Notes: generated from the sequence alone by a model not told the origin. A DNA stretch of 63,977 nt from Lama glama (GCA_028534125.1 CM052817.1:27964024-28028000); one strand, 5' to 3'; positions 28,968 through 43,114 are shown, counted from the stretch's first letter. Translations and numbers: made by a program.

Positions 28968-29800
28968 GTTTTAAATGGGGAAAAGGCTTGAACAAACATT
29001 GCACAAAAGAAGATATACAAATGGTTAGTGAGCAAATGAAAAAACATCATTAGTCACCAGGGAAATGCAAATTACAGTCTAATGAGATGCCACTATGTAC
29101 CCACCAAAAAAGGGTAAAATTAAAAACACTGCAGCACCGAAAGTTAACAAAAATGTAGAGCAAGTGGAGCATCTGTGTATTGCTAGTGGATGTGCAGGAT
29201 GATACAATCCCTTTAGAAAACCTTTCAGAGTTTCCCAGCACAGGTAAACATGCACCTGATACAGCGGTTGTACTCACACTTACCCAGGAGAAATGAAAGC
29301 GTATGTCCACAGATTGATGTTTAATGTTCACAGCAGCCGTATTCATAGTAGCCAAAAACTAGAAACAAACTGAATGTCCGTCAGTAAGAGGAACAAATTG
29401 TGATACACTCATACAACGGCATATCTAAACAGGGCAACAAAAATGAAAAAAGAAATACTGATCCATCAACAGCATAGACAGATTTCAGAAACATTTTGTT
29501 GAGCACCAAAAGAAAAAGCCAGACACAGAGGAGTGCATACTCTTTAATTTCATTTATATGCACCTAAGATCAGGAAAAAGTGGTTTGTGGTGACAGAGTT
29601 CAGAATAGTGGTTGCCTCAGGGTCAGGGAGGAGATTGGAAAAGGGCACAGAGGAATTTATGGGATGAAGGAAATGTCCTGTATCTTGACTGGGGTGGTGG
29701 TTACACCAAGTAAACCTCTGTCAAACTATGTAATTTTCACTGAACTATATTTTAAGATCTATGTACTTTGTTATATATGAATTATATCTCATCAAAAAAT
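28968..29800 (+). mobile_element. Old L1 (L1MB/L1MC-like) ORF2 end and 3' UTR
   Basis: aaagaagatatacaaatgg, agggaaatgcaaatta, tattcatagtagccaaaaactagaaac; boundaries approximate. Confidence 0.8.
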
Positions 29801-30598
29801 TACTAGTGTTTTTATTATTATGCCTGTGCTGATAATTCTAGCAGAACATTATTGTATTCAGTATTTTTCTTTTTTTAATATTGTGTTTCCAAATATAAAA
29901 TTATCACCTGAAAGTAATTTTTTTGTTCATTTCCTAAAGATGAATCTCTTATCTTTTTTCCAATGGCTTAATTTTCTGTCTACCTATCACTAGTTGTTCT
30001 GTATCATCTTAGTGCACTTTTGTCAGTACAGTTACACCAGATAATCTGCCAGTGGGTAGTTCTTTCCTTGAGACATCCCTCTTGAAGTCCTCCATTCTCC
30101 TTGGCATGGGCCGAAAACAAAATTTTTTTTTGTTCAGAGACTGGCTTCTGTGGCACTTGGAATTCCTTTTGATTTTCTCATGGTTTTGGACTTTCTCTTC
30201 CCTGGAAGTCAAATCTTCTTTCTTAGTAAACTCTTTGTGTTGATATAACACATTTTCTGTCAGTGTCATCCTACTGGAAAGGTGTTACAGCAGCAGAGGG
30301 CACAGTCGTGAAAGCCCTCAGGAAACCCAGCTCTGGCTCAGGGGTCGGGGCTGCGCCGGTGGACACTTGTGTCTCGTGCGTGGGCACCCCGCTGGAATCG
30401 CTTTCCTGTGTCCCGGGGGATTTTCCTTACCTGTCTCCTGTGTTAGAGCTTCTGTTTCCTAAACCTCATGTCTTCCTTGTTCTTGGTTTACCCTTGTTTT
30501 TGTGGAACACATTCTTTATTGGCTTCTTGAGAAAAGGGGCATGGGAAGCTATTTGTTTGTATTTTTGTTTATTTAGTCCTTTCAAGTGTAAACACTTA

Positions 30599-30849
30599 GG
30601 GGGGAGGGTATAGCTCGGCGGCAGAGCGTGCAACCCTCATGCATGAGGTCCTGGGTTCAATCCCCAAGACCTCCCTCAAAAAAGTATAAATAAACCTAAT
30701 TACCTCCCCACATCAAAAAAAAAAAAAGAAAAAGAAAAAGAAAAAAAAAACCTAAAAAAAAAAGTTATCTGTTCCCTTTCCAGGAGCCATGGTAGAATTC
30801 ATTGCCATTTGTATTTAACTAACTGCAGGGACAAAACTGCATTCACTGC
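30599..30849 (+). mobile_element. tRNA-derived camelid SINE (Vic-1-like) with A tail plus 86-nt 3' extension
   Basis: ggggagggtatagctc..., B-box gggttcaatcccc, A-rich tail to 30763; 17-bp direct repeat tcaagtgtaaaca(c/t)tta at 30582-30598 and 30850-30866. Confidence 0.85.
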
Positions 30850-31312
30850 TCAAGTGTAAACATTTATACTTAATCGGTAGTCCTGCTGCATGTAGAACTC
30901 CAGGGTGGAAATCGGTTTCCGTACGAATTCTGATTGCTCCTCCATCTCCTGGCTCCCAGTACCCCTCACTAAGAAGTCAGAAGCCATTGCAAGTCCAGTC
31001 TTCTGTGACTTACCCCCACGCCCTCTCTCCCTGGAAGGTGGTGGGACCTTCTTTGCCCCAGGAGTTCTGAAATTTCGTGACTGTGTACCTTACTGGGAAT
31101 ATTTCAGCCCATTGTACTGAGCACCGAGTGGATCCTTTTCCATTGGAAATTGATACCCTTTAGTTCTGGAAAATTTTCTTTGAGTGAATCCACTCATTTT
31201 CCTTCCCTCTTTCTCCTCTGCTCTCTCTTTTTAGAACTTGAGCTAATCTGAACTTTTCTGTCCTAGTCTTCATGTCTTTGCCTTTTTATTCTGCTTTTTT
31301 GGAAATTTTCCT

Positions 31313-31412
31313 NNNNNNNNNNNNNNNNNNNNNNNNNNNNNNNNNNNNNNNNNNNNNNNNNNNNNNNNNNNNNNNNNNNNNNNNNNNNNNNNNNNNNNNN
31401 NNNNNNNNNNNN
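31313..31412. other. Assembly gap (100 N)
   Basis: N run; gene strand unchanged across it. Confidence 0.99.
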
Positions 31413-31826
<414 letters not shown>

Positions 31827-32890
31827 CTTATACCCATCAGGAAACCCAGAACCTGACACTCCACAGGCTGAAGTGGACATTTTCTTCTTGAATTCGCTTT
31901 CCTCCAAATTGCTCTTACCTATTTTCCCAAAGTGTATTTTGGGCACTTGTGTAGCACATTAGTCACTGTCCTTGGATACCTGTAAATCTTAGGTTTTCTC
32001 ATGGTTAGAAGTGAAGACCTTGAAAGCTGGTGAGGCAGGGGGTTCTGAGCGTAAGAGGGTATTTTTCAACATCCGGCTTCACTTCAGGGTGGTCTGGTGG
32101 GATTCATGTTGACGGTGGTAGTTAGTTGTCAGTAAGTACCTTTAGGGCTTTTCTTGGGCTGGTTGGGTTCCCCGGAGAGCCGTCTTCCCATGTCTGCCTG
32201 GAAAGGTCTGGTGGCTAGAATGTGGGGGACCGAGTAGGTTGGGGGTATTGGGTCCCAGCATATAATACGAATATAACCACAATGCCATGTCTTCAACTGT
32301 GCCAGTCAGTTTCTGGACAGAAGAACCTCTGTTTTACCCTTTATAGAGCAAAGCCTCTGGTCTTCTGCCAGCACACAGGGACAACCAGTGCCCAGAGCTG
32401 CTTTTCTAGTCTTGCCCAGCTGTCCCAGTTGAGGCCCCTCCTTTACCACAATTCTAGAACTAGCTGGTATGCCACTTCCTTAGGCCCCTTAAGGATTATG
32501 TGACATAAATTGGGTTGGTTCTCAGCTTTTCCCATGACTGCTATAGCATTCAAAACTCCTCGTAGCTGCTAAGTTAGCCTATCTCATTGATCTATTTTCT
32601 AGCTTCCAAATTGTTAGTGCTAATGTCTCTTATTTTCCTGCCATTGCAAGTTTCTTTCTAAGGGTTTTTTGTAGTTTCAGTGGGGCTTTGGGGATGAAAA
32701 TTAAATGTGTGTGTCCAGTCTTTCATCTTTGCCTGAGAGTGAGTAAGTTCGGTTAAAGACGATGTATTTCAGAAGGGGCAGTTTGTTTGTGTTGACTTTT
32801 TTTACATTAATACTTCATGACTAGGGTTTATTTCCAAGAAGCTAAAGATACTTCCAAGTCTATATAATCACGTTTTCCCTCTTTTCATAG

Positions 32891-32940
32891 CTGGGGCAGG
32901 AAGAAAGATACGAATTACTCAATGTCTTGGAGTTCACCAG
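32891..32940 (+). CDS. ATP8A1: ATP8A1 exon 19 (50 nt, in inverted block): LGQEERYELLNVLEFT+AG
   Basis: ttcatag|CTGGGG...TTCACCAG|gtaaga; joins exon 20 to form EFTSARKRMS. Confidence 0.95.
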
Positions 32941-34119
32941 GTAAGACATCTGGTCTGGGATCTGTATGTATGATATAAATGTCTATTCTTTTTTTTTTTT
33001 TGCCTTTGAAATAAATAGAAAGTATGCTTTATTTTTATTTAACTAAATTTATTTAGACAAAATATTAAATTAAGATGGTCAGTCCAAGTTTTAATTGTCA
33101 TATCTGTAAGTAAATCATAAGCAACTCTCTTCAGAGACATGACTCCTTGGAGGCAGTATAAAAATATTTTTGAACATAACATCACAACCTTAGGGTGTGA
33201 GACCAAGACAGTGACCTGGAAACACTGTTAAACTTAGAGGTGCCAAGAATATATGAAATGTAGATGAATCAGAGTCAGGAACCCACCATTCTAATTATGT
33301 GCTCATTATAATATCTAATTGTCTTGGGAATTTCAGAAACCATATTTATCTCTCTGTTAGGTACAAAACCACTTCCCACCTAGTAAGAAAGAGCAGAAAG
33401 CAGAGATTGTCCTACTCTATTTCTTAAGGTCAGATAAGAGAGGTCTTCCATTACAGTCAGTGATGTCTCTGAGGTTCTGGCTTCTTATTCCTACATGACT
33501 GTGTAACTTCCCAACTAACCCACAATCTTGGAGCAAATTGGCCTCAGCTACAGGTAGGAGGGTCTTTAAAGAGTGCATCATCATTCAGAAGACACTTAAA
33601 AATATCTTCAAGGCCACAGCCAGGAAGTAATGCTGCTGTTCAAGGAAATAAGTGTCCACCTCTTTTCTTGAACTTTCTCCTACATAAGGCAAGGTTGTAC
33701 ACTGCCTAGCAGAGGCATTTTCTCCTCTATGCCAGCTTTGATCGCAGTCTTGGTTGGGAGTGACCACATGCCAGTGGTTAATATCAAAAGTAATGGGATC
33801 GGTCTAATTTATTGTTAAAATCTTTTTTTTTTTTTTACTTGTCTGCACTGAAAGGCTCAAGGGAAAATGCATAAGAAGTTGGATGATTAACTGTAATAGG
33901 GTATTCCCAAAGTGTATCCCCCATCTTTTTAATTTCAGGTCAAAGTGACTGTTTTTCCTAAGCCTACTTGTATTATGTGTGTAGTATATTATTAATAGTG
34001 TATCAGTTAACATTTAGATATATTTGTTTATGAACACACATTTAGAAGCACTATGTAAGTGATTAAGTGCCATGAAGGAAAAAAAAAAAGCAAAGCTAGC
34101 CACTCTTTCAGGCTATTGT

Positions 34120-35330
34120 GATGGGGGAGGCTGAAGGACGAAAGTGAGAAAAGTGAAAATGGTGGTGTTAAAATAGTCTCTGTGGAAGACATTAGTGGTG
34201 TAGACTAGGGTGATGGTGGTGAAAATAAAGTGAAGTTGACAGAATCCAGATACCCTTTGGGAGGATGTCAGGGAGACATTAGGAAGGATTGGATGTGGCA
34301 GGAGAAAAGGGTTGGGGCTTCTGGCATGAGTGACTAGGTGGATGGAGATACAGTTTACACAAATGGTGGAGACAGGATAGAGGCTGAGGATGAGATGTTT
34401 GCATCGGTGAGTTTCGGATACTGTGAAATACACAATGGAGGGGTCAGGTAGGCACCGGGATCACGGGACCTGACACATGAAAGAGAAGCCTCTGGCTGAA
34501 AATAACAGTTCAGTCGTCGCTGGCCTGCAAATGGTAGTCAATGCCGTGAAAGTGGGTTGGAGCTCCTGGATATAAAATAGAGAGTAAGGGAAGCAAGAAA
34601 GGCTGAAGACTGAGCTACAAGTAACTCTGACTTCTAGAGGTTGATTAGAAAAGGAGGAATTGGCAAAAGAGACCTAGAGAAACAGGATGAAGAAAGGACA
34701 AGAGCACAAAGCCAAGGAGGAGGAGGATTTCCAGGAGAGAGTGGTCATCCATGTCAGAGACCGCTGCACGGTTAGGTAAGACGGAGGCCGAAGGAATTTG
34801 CTGGATGTAGAGAGTCAGTGGCCCGGTGAGGAGAGCAGCAAATTGGGGATGACAGAGGAGCCGGGGGGAGAGGGGGCGGTGAGTGAAGACAGTGTGTATG
34901 GTGATTGTTCTGGGAGGCGGAGCTGTAAGAAGAGGAGAGCATTGAAAAGGGATGTGTGTGCTCAGCGGCAGAGGCTGAGTTTCTTAGGGGAGAGACGAGA
35001 ACGTCCTTTAATACGGCTAAGAGTCCACTCTAGGAGGAGAAGATGCACCTTCAGGGAGAGCAGCGTACCTTTATGGGTGGCCGGGAAAGCAGGGTGAGAG
35101 AAGGTTCACAGCACGTGTGAAAGGAAGGTCTCTATTAGGAAAAGGGGTATTCCCTCCATGGGGTCAAAAAAAGAGATAGCGGGGATGGTGCACAGTGGGT
35201 AAATGTGCAGGTTTTAAGGGCAGAAAGAATGGGGATTTCTTGTTGAAGGCTTCCTTTCATTAAGGTGAATTGCGAAAATTTGAAGAGTCTAGAGTGACTT
35301 GCAGGGAAGAGGGACAGTGGGACAGTTAGA
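34120..35330 (-). mobile_element. L2 remnant
   Basis: Purine-rich reverse L2 motifs (tctggcatgagtgactaggtggatgg, gagagtggtcatccatgtcag); approximate. Confidence 0.7.
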
Positions 35331-36552
35331 GAAATGTAGGTGACAAGGCAGAATGGAGCACGCAGTGACATTGGGACTATGTATTTACTAATCTCTGGCT
35401 GGGTGACTTTAGTAGTGTCCACTTACTCTGGTACCACAGAAAGGACTCCTGTTCACCCAAGATTTAGGAGTTTTGCCAGGAGAAGAAAAGAGCAAGGAAG
35501 TGGATGAGTTTGGGACCATGTCATCAAAGCTGGATGCAGAGAGACACGAGTCAAGAAGAGCTGAGATAGAAAACACAGATGTCCCCACAAAGGGGTCCCA
35601 ATTAAACGTAGTCCTAAAGCACAGGGATGGAGATCACAGGTACTAATGCAATGGGAATTACAGATAGAGAAAGAGAGGGCGGAATATTCCTGGGTACCTC
35701 TGGAGGGAACTCCTCACTGTACGTGAGGACAACACGTCTAAGTGCTATGCTGGACTCATCTCGGGGTTTTAGCAACAGAACATTACAGGGTAACATAGGT
35801 AGACACAGACACTTGAGAAGTCCTTTGTACCCCTCATTTTTGGTGAGAATGTGTATACACACTTTGTCCCAAGTGAGCCGTATTCTGTCCTGTGCAGTGC
35901 TGAACCAGTTTGTTCCGTCTCTTTGCTAACGCACTGAAAATGTTGTACCATTGACTAACAATTTTTATCTGTCCGTGTTGCCAACACAATGTTAAAACGT
36001 TTGTGCTCATTAACTTAGTTTTATAATATAAATCGGGTTTTTTTACATGATGCCACTGGTTTACTAGTAATCATTGAAAAATGATAGCTGTGAAGGCTTA
36101 TGTGGGTTTTTAAAATGCTAGTGCTTGCCATTGTGTGTGATTGGGTGTGTACTTTAAAAAAATGGGTTATCATTTCTGTTGTTAATAAAAGCTATAACAT
36201 GCAATTCATTGTAACAGATACTGGCTTAAATATTTTTTTAATCTGAAAACATTGAACGGAAACTGTCCTCTACCCTGGTGGGTATTAACTCTTGCAGGTT
36301 TCTAGGGAGCTATTTTGTAAATTATTCCTCTAGGGCAGCCAGTGGTACCCTGGTGCCTTAAAAAGCATAATGTAACTTTCAGGGTACCCAGCGGTACACC
36401 CAAGGGATGGTTAGTGTATATGGAAGGATCAACCTCATAATTTGGGCAAATTTATTTTTTCACTATGAGTATGAAAGTATGTGAGGCATGACAAACACAC
36501 AGATGCATGTTCTCAGTGCGATGACACATCCTGGAAACCCTCTTTCTTTCAG

Positions 36553-36622
36553 TGCTAGAAAAAGAATGTCAGTGATTGTTCGCACTCCATCCGGGAAGTT
36601 ACGACTTTACTGCAAGGGAGCC
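36553..36622 (+). CDS. ATP8A1: ATP8A1 exon 20 (70 nt, in inverted block): (S)[23 protein letters not shown]
   Basis: ctttcag|TGCTAGA...GGAGCC|gtaagt; RKRMSV and KGA nucleotide-binding motifs. Confidence 0.96.
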
Positions 36623-39600
36623 GTAAGTTGTTATTTTTGTCTTTTCCAGTTTTGATTTACGGTGGTTTATAATGTATACGTGAAGTGTTCTGCTGTGGAA
36701 ATGCAACACAGATGTTAAGCCTGAAGTTGCTGACATCCACTTTCGGTGGTGGTTTATAGTATAGTGTGCAGCCTCTTCTGGTGAAATGCGGAATTCCTTC
36801 TGGGCAAATTTGGTGCTTTGAAAAAGTTTGGCCGAGGTTACTTATATAATTCAATTTTTGATACATAATATTTGAGGTTTATATTTTATAAATACATTAG
36901 AAGACAAGTAAATACAAAAAGTGGTTTTCAAATTATATTAGAAATGTAGCAATCTCTGCCAGTTTGAATCTGATTTTTTAAACACCATAGAAACGGAAAA
37001 AAAAATTGGATCACAATTGCTGCGAGTTCTTCATGTGGTGATTACTATTTGTCTTGCCTTGTTTTAATTATAACAGAGTTTCTAACTTTGGTTGGCTTCG
37101 GGGTATTGGCTGGTTATATTGATATAAATAGTAATTTGTCATTCTAACTAAATTTTTCTAGTTAAAATATGTTTACATTCATGGAAAAATTAAAAAATCT
37201 ACTGACCAGGACCTTTTTTTGTTTTTGAAATTAGAATTTTCCTTCTGAACTATACTCACCATGTACTTCCATCAACTTGGAACGTTCCAATTTTAAATAG
37301 AACCAGCAACCTTGCTTTATTGCATGGAACTTGAAAACAAAACTTATTAAGAAACCCAAGCTTATTAGTTAAACTCCTGTTGAGAATGTTTTTCAATGTC
37401 TTGGTTTTAAAGCATTGAAATGTAATTTTTGAATGCCTTGGTTTTAAAGCATTTGGGTAGAATTATTTCATGATGTCTCATGACTTCAGTTTTAGAACTC
37501 CTTCCCTTGTTGATTCAGACACCTAACATTTGTTGTGTGCATTTTATCTACCAGACTTTGAACTGAATTTTGAGGTTAGGAAGAACACGAAGAGCTATCA
37601 GGAGCTTAGGACTAGTCAAGAAAATATTTATAAAAAGATGATTAGGATATAATATTAAGGTATATTGTAAGATCTTTCCCATCCCGGTGATAACATTCAG
37701 CAATAACGGGTTAAAGAGAGCCTTTAGACCTTCCACTTTAAATGGTTGATTTGTTTCCAGTTTACTGCACCCAATTCACATCCTCTTTTCTTAGTTTTGA
37801 GTAATCTGGCTAGACACTTTGAAGAGTTAAAGCATTGAATAAAAAATGAAAACATTGAGCTTCCTTTTTGAATAATCACAGAGACGGTTTATATACATTA
37901 TCTTACTTATTACGTTGTTTCCCTCCACTCCCAAATTAGCCGTGATACGTGATTGAACACTAAAAAGGCATAAACATATAAATCAGCAAGATACATTTGA
38001 GAACCACATATAGTTTGGCAGGAAATAACAAAATGTGAGGTGGATGTGAGTTAAGTCATGAGCTCTTCGTGCTCAAGAACTTGTACTTTCTTTGCGGATC
38101 ATTCTCATGCCATTTAGGAGATGATTTACAGTAGAAGAGAGTTACCCGTTGAAGTTGTTGACTACAGTCCAGACAAAAATTGATAAGGATCGAACTCTTA
38201 TCAACAAAGACAATTGCAGAGAGGATCAAGAGGACAGAGATTTAGGACTTTGTAATGGATTACATGTGGGTGACGGGAGAAAAGATGATCTAGGATTATT
38301 ACCAGATTTCTTTTTGGTAACCGAATAGACTAATTAATACCACTTACTAAGACAGCAGATTGGGAGCTGCATCTGGGCCATAAGGCAGAGATGCCTGAAT
38401 TTCACAGGGGAAGAAATATGGGAGGATGATACAGATTTAGGAGCTAAAACTATAGCTGGAAAGTAAAAGCAAGGGATTGATGAGCTCTCATACTAAGAAA
38501 CTATTGCATGAAAAGAGAGGAGGGCTACATATGAAAAGTAGGGGATCCGGGAAGGGAACTGAGATTTAGAGGAGTGTCTGAGGAGTCTGTTGATTCCTTG
38601 GCAGAGTAAATAATCAGCAGTGACGAGTGTAACAGAATACCTTAGTGATGAAAGTCAGCTAAGAAGTTGTCAAGAATACTTTCCAGTCAAGGTAGCATAA
38701 TGTGTTCATACTTTAATGTCTCTCCTCTCTTCCAAAATCCTGGTAGCAATGGATGCAGTATAAAGAGAAAATAGGCAGTATAAAATAGCAAGTCAAAGTG
38801 GTACACTGAACTGAAGTCTTGATCTGAGACTGGTAGGTGTCCCAGGCCCAGGGTTTGGAATCAGGGAGCAATGTCTGCAATTTGGTTGCTGTGGGACAGT
38901 GGGCACAAATAGTGCTTTCTGTAAAATGCAGATGGGAGCCAGCCTCCCGTCTTTTAAATCTCAGACAGTGGTGAGCTTCCTCGTCCAGGCAAGAGCTGAG
39001 GAAACTCATGCTAGCCCCTGCCAGGTGGTGCTGGGGGTGAGGGGGTGGGTACATAAAACCACTAGATTGATCTGGAATGCATGCAGAGAGGAGAGGGCAG
39101 GCTTAAAACTTGCAGACACATGAGGACATCTCATGCCAAAGAGGGAAGCAAGCAGCGCACAAACAACTGGAGCGTGGACTCGCCCCGGATGAGGTCATCT
39201 GTGTAGACTGTCCTGACAGAGGACGATCGGAGCTCGAGATAAAGAAACTACATTTCTTTTAGTCAAACAGAAATTGAGGGGAGGTGGGAATGGGGTACAC
39301 GTAAGATAAATTAGGAATCATAATAAATTTAAGGAGAAAAAATCAGCAAATGAAATAAGCTCTAGATGGAGTTGAGTGGCTGGGGGTGGAGTTGGTGGAT
39401 TGGAAGACAGTACTGAAGAGTTCGTCTAGAAAGTCCACACACACAGCTGGTGGCTGTGTGTGTGTTTGTATATGTTTATAGAGGACTTATTTTTCTAGCT
39501 TTTTTCCAGATTTTCAGCAATGGGGTTGTCTTGCTTTGTCAATTTTTAAATGGGAAAAAAAAAAGAAGTACACAATACACAACTTATGTCTGCCATAGTA

Positions 39601-40293
39601 GCCAATTTAGGAAAAGTTATTTACAAAAGTAAAAATTTAATGTATTCAAGAAAATAATCCTACTCTGCTATTTATATTCCAGAGGAGAAATTAGAAACTT
39701 GACTAATATACTTAATACTTCAGGGACCTTAGAATGACTGAAAATTTCAAATTAAGTGCTTCCTAAATAAAATTCTGTGCCATATGCAAAAAAGACCACA
39801 TCTGAAGTTAGTTATTTCTAGCGGTTCACCACCGCATCAGAGACAAAAGTACAGATAATTCTGAACGGCACACAGAAACACAGGAAATGTTTGTCTATAT
39901 TTAAACATAGTTGTGTCTAATGTCTTTAGCAAGCATTCCGTTCGCAGGGTCCCCAGCTTCATGGGCAGGTCAGTCTCAACTTGATGTTTAACCTGATAAG
40001 GTCAGATTCCTTGATGGTTAACTGGCTAATTTATTGCAAGATTATCTACATAATGTCAGTATCGATGGCAGTGCTTAAATCAGTAACTATGTAAGACGTT
40101 TTTTCCTCCTTGCCCCCTTATCATTATGACCTTGCTTTTCATCGTGTAGTTGTTTTCTATTTGGCTGTGTTGTATAATGTGGTGTTCCATACAAGTGAAA
40201 TTTGGGGGTGACTGAGAATGACATCAAGTGTTTTATTCATTTAACACGTATTTTTGAACACCTGCCATGAGCAAGGCACTGTAGGTGAGACAG

Positions 40294-40793
40294 NNNNNNN
40301 NNNNNNNNNNNNNNNNNNNNNNNNNNNNNNNNNNNNNNNNNNNNNNNNNNNNNNNNNNNNNNNNNNNNNNNNNNNNNNNNNNNNNNNNNNNNNNNNNNNN
40401 NNNNNNNNNNNNNNNNNNNNNNNNNNNNNNNNNNNNNNNNNNNNNNNNNNNNNNNNNNNNNNNNNNNNNNNNNNNNNNNNNNNNNNNNNNNNNNNNNNNN
40501 NNNNNNNNNNNNNNNNNNNNNNNNNNNNNNNNNNNNNNNNNNNNNNNNNNNNNNNNNNNNNNNNNNNNNNNNNNNNNNNNNNNNNNNNNNNNNNNNNNNN
40601 NNNNNNNNNNNNNNNNNNNNNNNNNNNNNNNNNNNNNNNNNNNNNNNNNNNNNNNNNNNNNNNNNNNNNNNNNNNNNNNNNNNNNNNNNNNNNNNNNNNN
40701 NNNNNNNNNNNNNNNNNNNNNNNNNNNNNNNNNNNNNNNNNNNNNNNNNNNNNNNNNNNNNNNNNNNNNNNNNNNNNNNNNNNNNNNNNNNNN
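40294..40793. other. Assembly gap (500 N); right edge of the inverted block
   Basis: N run; gene strand switches across it. Confidence 0.99.
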
Positions 40794-40950
40794 GAGAACT
40801 ATATGGTAGTTAGAGCATGTGTCTGGAATCAGGCAATCCTGCTTTACTATCATTGCACCATTTCCTAAATATGTGACCTATTATAAGGATTAAATAAGAT
40901 AATGTATGTGTAGTGCTTCCTACAGTGTCTGACACAAGGCTTAATGTGAG
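40794..40950 (+). mobile_element. MIR fragment
   Basis: tctggaatcaggc, aaggattaaataagataatgtatgt, acagtgtctgacaca. Confidence 0.65.
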
Positions 40951-41056
40951 CTAAAATAATAGCAACAAGACATTGCTCAAATAATTAAGACTTTAAATCC
41001 CTTGAAAAATTACCTAAGTGATTCTATCTTGTTATACTTTCTTGGCCAAGTTTCTT

Positions 41057-41329
41057 TCTTTTTTATTTTTTTCTTCAAATTGAAGTACAGTCAGTGACAA
41101 TGTGTCAGTCTCTGGTGTACAGCATAATGTCCCAGTCATACATATACATACATACATTCATTTTCATATTCTTTTCCATTAAAGGTTATTACAAGATATT
41201 GGATACAGTTCCCTGTGCTATATAGAAGAAATTTGTTTTTTAAATCTGTTTTTATATATAGTAGTTAATATTTGCAAATCCGCAACTCCCAAATTTATCC
41301 CTTCCCACCCCATTTCCCCCAGTAACCAC
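41057..41329 (-). mobile_element. 5'-truncated L1 3' end
   Basis: T-rich tail followed by the typical L1 3' UTR (tctggtgtacagcata, acagttccctgtgctatatag); 14-bp TSD tggccaagtttctt at 41043-41056 and 41330-41343. Confidence 0.85.
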
Positions 41330-43114
41330 TGGCCAAGTTTCTTACATTGTATATACATGAAAGCAAAGAACATTTTACTGACAAGCCAGGGTTTACTGAT
41401 TTTCACATGTCAAATGAAAAGCCCAAATCTGATCTATCCTACATCTGTATTTCAGATGGAGCAACATCAGTTCTGGAATAGGCTTTTGAGTTGTAAGCGC
41501 CATGTATTAAAGAGGGACAGTAAACAAGTGGGCAATATTTAGGGAGAAGCAATGGGACTGGGGACTAAGTTGGAATCATGTCACATAAAGAATGAAACGA
41601 GATGAGGGACTTCAGTTGGGGGGTGGGGATATGACAGAATAGGCATGAGAGCCAAGTGCAAATGCTTTGCAGGGCTGTCATTTGGAAACAAGATTAGACA
41701 TTTTCATAAAAGATCTATTTGGGAAGAACCAGAATCAAAGGGAGGCAGTTACTAATCTCATTTCCATACAAGGAAGAAGCTGCCTCGTAAGGGATGCTCT
41801 GTCAGGAATGTTAGAAAAATCTTTGTATGTTAGAAAGACAATTGAAAAGCATAAGCCTACTGGGTTCATCCAACACTAAAATTATATAATTATTTTAAGC
41901 AAATATTACTTTTGAAAATCCAAATAAAAAATTGACAGACTAGCTATTCGATTTTCCTAATGAGTTGCCTTATTATTTCTGCGAGTTGAAAACCTTCAAT
42001 GAGTTTTAATTGTACTTATAACAAACTTTATTACACATTTTTTTTCAGCAACAAATCTCCTGCATGAAATGAGCTATGCCTGTAGCTCATTTTGGATTTC
42101 CAAGTTATACTGATCTTTTACCAATGAATTAAGAGACTGAAGGTTGAAGTGGACCATTTACCATGGGAAGACAATGAATGGTTGTGAAATAGCTTATTTT
42201 AAAAAATCCTAATATTGTTCATATTGAAAGACTTCTAAATAATTAAAAAATCAAAAGATAATGCCGAAAATGCCTCAAAATAAAAGGCAAAATTAAAGTT
42301 TCTGGCAGATTAGGTCTAAAGATTCATTTACATAAATTCATTAATTTTAACTTTGGTAAAAATAACTGGCATTTAAATGAAGAGTAACATTCTATAAATA
42401 AAACATTCAGGAAACAGATGTCTAGCACACTCTTACGGGATTAAAAAAATTTTAAGAAAAAAATTAAGAAGAAAATTTCAAGCATAGCTGAAATTGTTTA
42501 CAGTGTGGAAAAGCAAACTACACAGATGTATAAAACATGACAGACAGCCTGGTTGTTACAAATATCAAGCACAGTGTTATTTCCATAGTGCTCAATTGTT
42601 TATGAAGCTGTCTGCTATGCAGTGAGAGTCGTTTGATCTATGTAACAACAGTGAGATGCAGGTAAAGCATGTTTTATTATTCCCTTGTGATTACCCACAA
42701 AAATAAGCCTAAAAGAAATCAAGTGGTTTGGCAAAGTTCACACAGCTAGTAAATTATAAAATGAGGACTAAAATCCAGGTATTTTAACTCCTAACCCCAT
42801 GGCTCTTCTTTTCCCCAAGACCAGTATGTAACTAAAAATAGGTTTCCTCAACTCCAGACCTCTTTTCCCCAGCATGTCTGGTCTGTAAACCTGTGTGAGT
42901 CTGAGATAAGAGACTCTGTGACGATTTTCACACGTCACATAGATTTGCTTTTATTATATTAGGCTCAAAAATATTTTGAAATACTGCCTTGGAGTCAATA
43001 AAAGGTAAGATATAATTAAGATTTTTTATTCCTGAATGATCAAAAGACTCTATCAGGAAAAAACACAAAAATGTTTGTTTAGTGTAATGAAAAACAATAG
43101 TAATTCATATTTAC

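Noticed and set aside
37396..37453. Local direct repeat aatg(t/c)cttggttttaaagcatt; similar pair aaatatgaatatatattaa near 53212-53253
   Set aside because: Two-copy slippage duplications in AT-rich intron; not an array and not CRISPR-like.
41329..41345. ctggccaagtt, which resembles the reverse complement of the end of exon 13 (…ELGQ)
   Set aside because: The match stops after about 11 nt, upstream codons do not encode ARTSNLNE, and the motif is the L1 target-site duplication.
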